Assembly: GCA_051294375.1 (NCBI GenBank)
Contig: CM119263.1
Location: forward strand, 29,443,134 to 29,507,133
DNA length: 64,000 nt
Origin: Paraspadella gotoi
Lineage: Eukaryota; Animalia; Chaetognatha
Direction: 5' to 3'
In this document: positions 61,700 to 64,000 of the stretch, piece after piece
How positions within the stretch are numbered: position 1 is the first letter of the stretch
Layout: each line of letters begins with the position of its first letter
Position numbers and translations under genes: made by a program
The notes under the pieces: generated by a model
What the model was told of the DNA's origin: nothing
Seen by the model: only the letters and a program-made list of their open reading frames with translations
The model's database searches: none

Positions 61700-62144
61700 C
61701 GCGCTCTTTACATCAACCATCTCGTTAAACTCTTTCCTCGTGATTCGCTTCGATTTTAGCTTCACATTTTCCCATCAATGGCTTCCCTCTCTATCCCTTA
61801 CTATCCCTTACTATCCCTCTCTATCCATTTCTATCTTCTTCCTATCCTTTGTCTTTCTTCCCCTCTTACCAAAACCGCGTTCCCGCCACCTCGGTGATGT
61901 CTCGCTCTCCATCAGAGCCTTTCCCGAGCCTCTTTCCTCTTGGCCATAACGTTTGCCGCAAAGTCAAACACTCTCTTTTTCTCTCTTACACGATTTCTTA
62001 ACTAAGGTTCCGTTCTCTGCCATTCTTTCTCTGCCATCCTTTCTCTTCCTTTCCCTGCCATCCTTTCTCTTCATTTCTCTGCCATCATTTCTTTGGCATC
62101 CTTTCTCTGCTCATCTCGCCATTCCCTCCACCCAGTTTATCTAC

Positions 62145-62175
<31 letters not shown>

Positions 62176-64000
62176 CTATCTCGCCATTGTCTCAACATTC
62201 TCATGCTCGCCATTGCCTTCCACCCCAAGTGTTGAATCTATCATATCTAATCTTAGTCTACTATTATCTATCTATCTATCTTCTACTAGTATCTATCCAG
62301 TCGCTTATCTATCTATGCTTATCTAGTCTATTCTTATCTAGTTATCTATGCTATGTCTTGATCTGGTATCTATCTATCTATCGTATCTATCTATCCTGTA
62401 TCTTATCTATGCTATCGATCCCCATTTCGTCAAGCCCCGTTTCCCCTCGAGGTTCGGCCTTCTCGTACCCGTCTATATTTATTCTGGGCTTTGCACTACC
62501 ACGATCTGTTCCGTTCTCTCCCTTTGCCGCCAATCTCCCTCTCCGTTCATCCGACATCATATCGTCTCTCTCTCTCTCTACTCTCGTCTCTCTCTCTCTC
62601 ATCTCTCTCTCTCTTCTCTCTCGTCTCTCTCTCTCTCTCCTCATCTCCATCCCTCTTTCTTTCCTTTTCCCTCGCCCCTATCGTCCAATCTCCTTTGCCG
62701 CCCCCAGACGGTCCATCTTATCCTCTCTCTCTCTCTTATTCCCTGTCTCCCTCTCTCTCCCTCCCCCGTCTCCCTCTCGCGAGCCCGCATCGCGTCTCAA
62801 GGAAGAGCGCGGGTCCTCCTCTCCTTTCTCTCTCCTTATCTCTTCGCTCGCAGGCTCGCGACGCGAGTTGACCGCGGCGACGCTCGCGGGCGTGAGGAAG
62901 GACAGAGTCAACAAAAGACGGACGGGATATAAAGGGAAAAAAAGTCTTTGTTGAGGGAGAAATAAAAGAAATGAAGAAAAAAAGAAGAAAGAAGAAAGAA
63001 AGAGAATTGGAAAACTGAAACGAGGAAGTTGACATTTGACAGAAATTAACAAATGAGAATCATAATGAAAGTTTTCTTTTTTTGAGAATATGGACTTGTT
63101 TAAATTGTGAATTATGTCTTACAAATGACATTTTACAGTGGAGGTGGTATAAAAATGATAAAAATGGGGAAGAAAATGAGATGAATCGATTTATTGAAAT
63201 AAGAAAATCGAATCGAATTGGCTAATTGTACAAAGTCGCTTTCATTTTTATAAGGCGAGAGCGAGAGAGAAAAACTTTTGTTTACATTTGTAAACGAAAC
63301 AATACAAAAAATAATTCCAAATAAGGTAAAGTTTTTGCGACCTGCGTTTGAACAGAGGGAGCAAAATATTTCTTAGCGGGCATTAGAATTTTTAAAGAAT
63401 TCGGCCGGCGATTTTATTTTCTTTCAAACTAATAATAAATAATACGGATCCCCACTCTACTATTTCATAATTTTCGAGACAAAGTTCTAATTCAATGTTT
63501 CTCAAATGTCGATAGTTCAACACTTTGTGATAAATGCCGAATGCCGAATGCCCTACTTTTTATAACTGGAGCATTAAACAGTTTTGGAGGTCCGAAAATT
63601 AATTACAAAAATCGTCTCCAATGCAGAGAGAATCGTGCTTGATTTCGTCAAACGAAGCTTGGTGACAAAGGCAGTGCTTGCATTCGCTGTCCAAATTGGT
63701 AGACGAGTTTTCAGTGAATAAAATCCTAATCGATTTTCTCTCCCGAATCTTGAATTCTTAATCCATTTTTTCTTTTTCTTTTTTTCTGAAATTTTTTTGA
63801 AAATGATCAATTTTCCTTAGAGTTTTTTAAAATTATTTTTAAATTCATTAAATTCATTTTTTATATGTATATAATTTTGAATTCATACTTATTTTACAAA
63901 TTTTTACTCCGAGTGAACTGTGAACCGTGAACTCTCAACTGCACAGTGAACTGTGAACTGTTACCGAGTCATTTGTGACGTTAGTAATTATAGTATATAT

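Overview
Intron-rich animal (probably invertebrate) genomic DNA; the species cannot be identified from this window. The left ~37 kb is an unbroken run of 12 same-strand (minus) housekeeping genes: GCC2, DCTN3, a CDGSH/NEET gene, OPA3, WASHC5, RPS11, EIF6, RACK1, THOC3, EEA1, USP22, EPRS (which runs off the left edge). Stop-to-start spacers are only about 106-650 bp, and pyrimidine-tract/AG acceptors lie just upstream of most start codons. This is the architecture expected of a spliced-leader trans-spliced eukaryotic operon (inference, not proven). Introns in this block hold a four-exon antisense nested gene of unknown function (THOC3), a multi-hairpin ~255-nt element (RACK1), a 200-bp palindrome carrying two Penelope-type minimal hammerhead ribozyme cores and a foldback transposon with an 8-bp TSD (EEA1), and a tRNA-derived SINE plus a Tc1/mariner-type remnant (USP22). 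The right ~27 kb is loosely packed and microsatellite-rich, with a divergent plus-strand kelch-repeat gene and the 5' part of capicua (long isoform). Exon boundaries were read by hand and may be off by a few bases.
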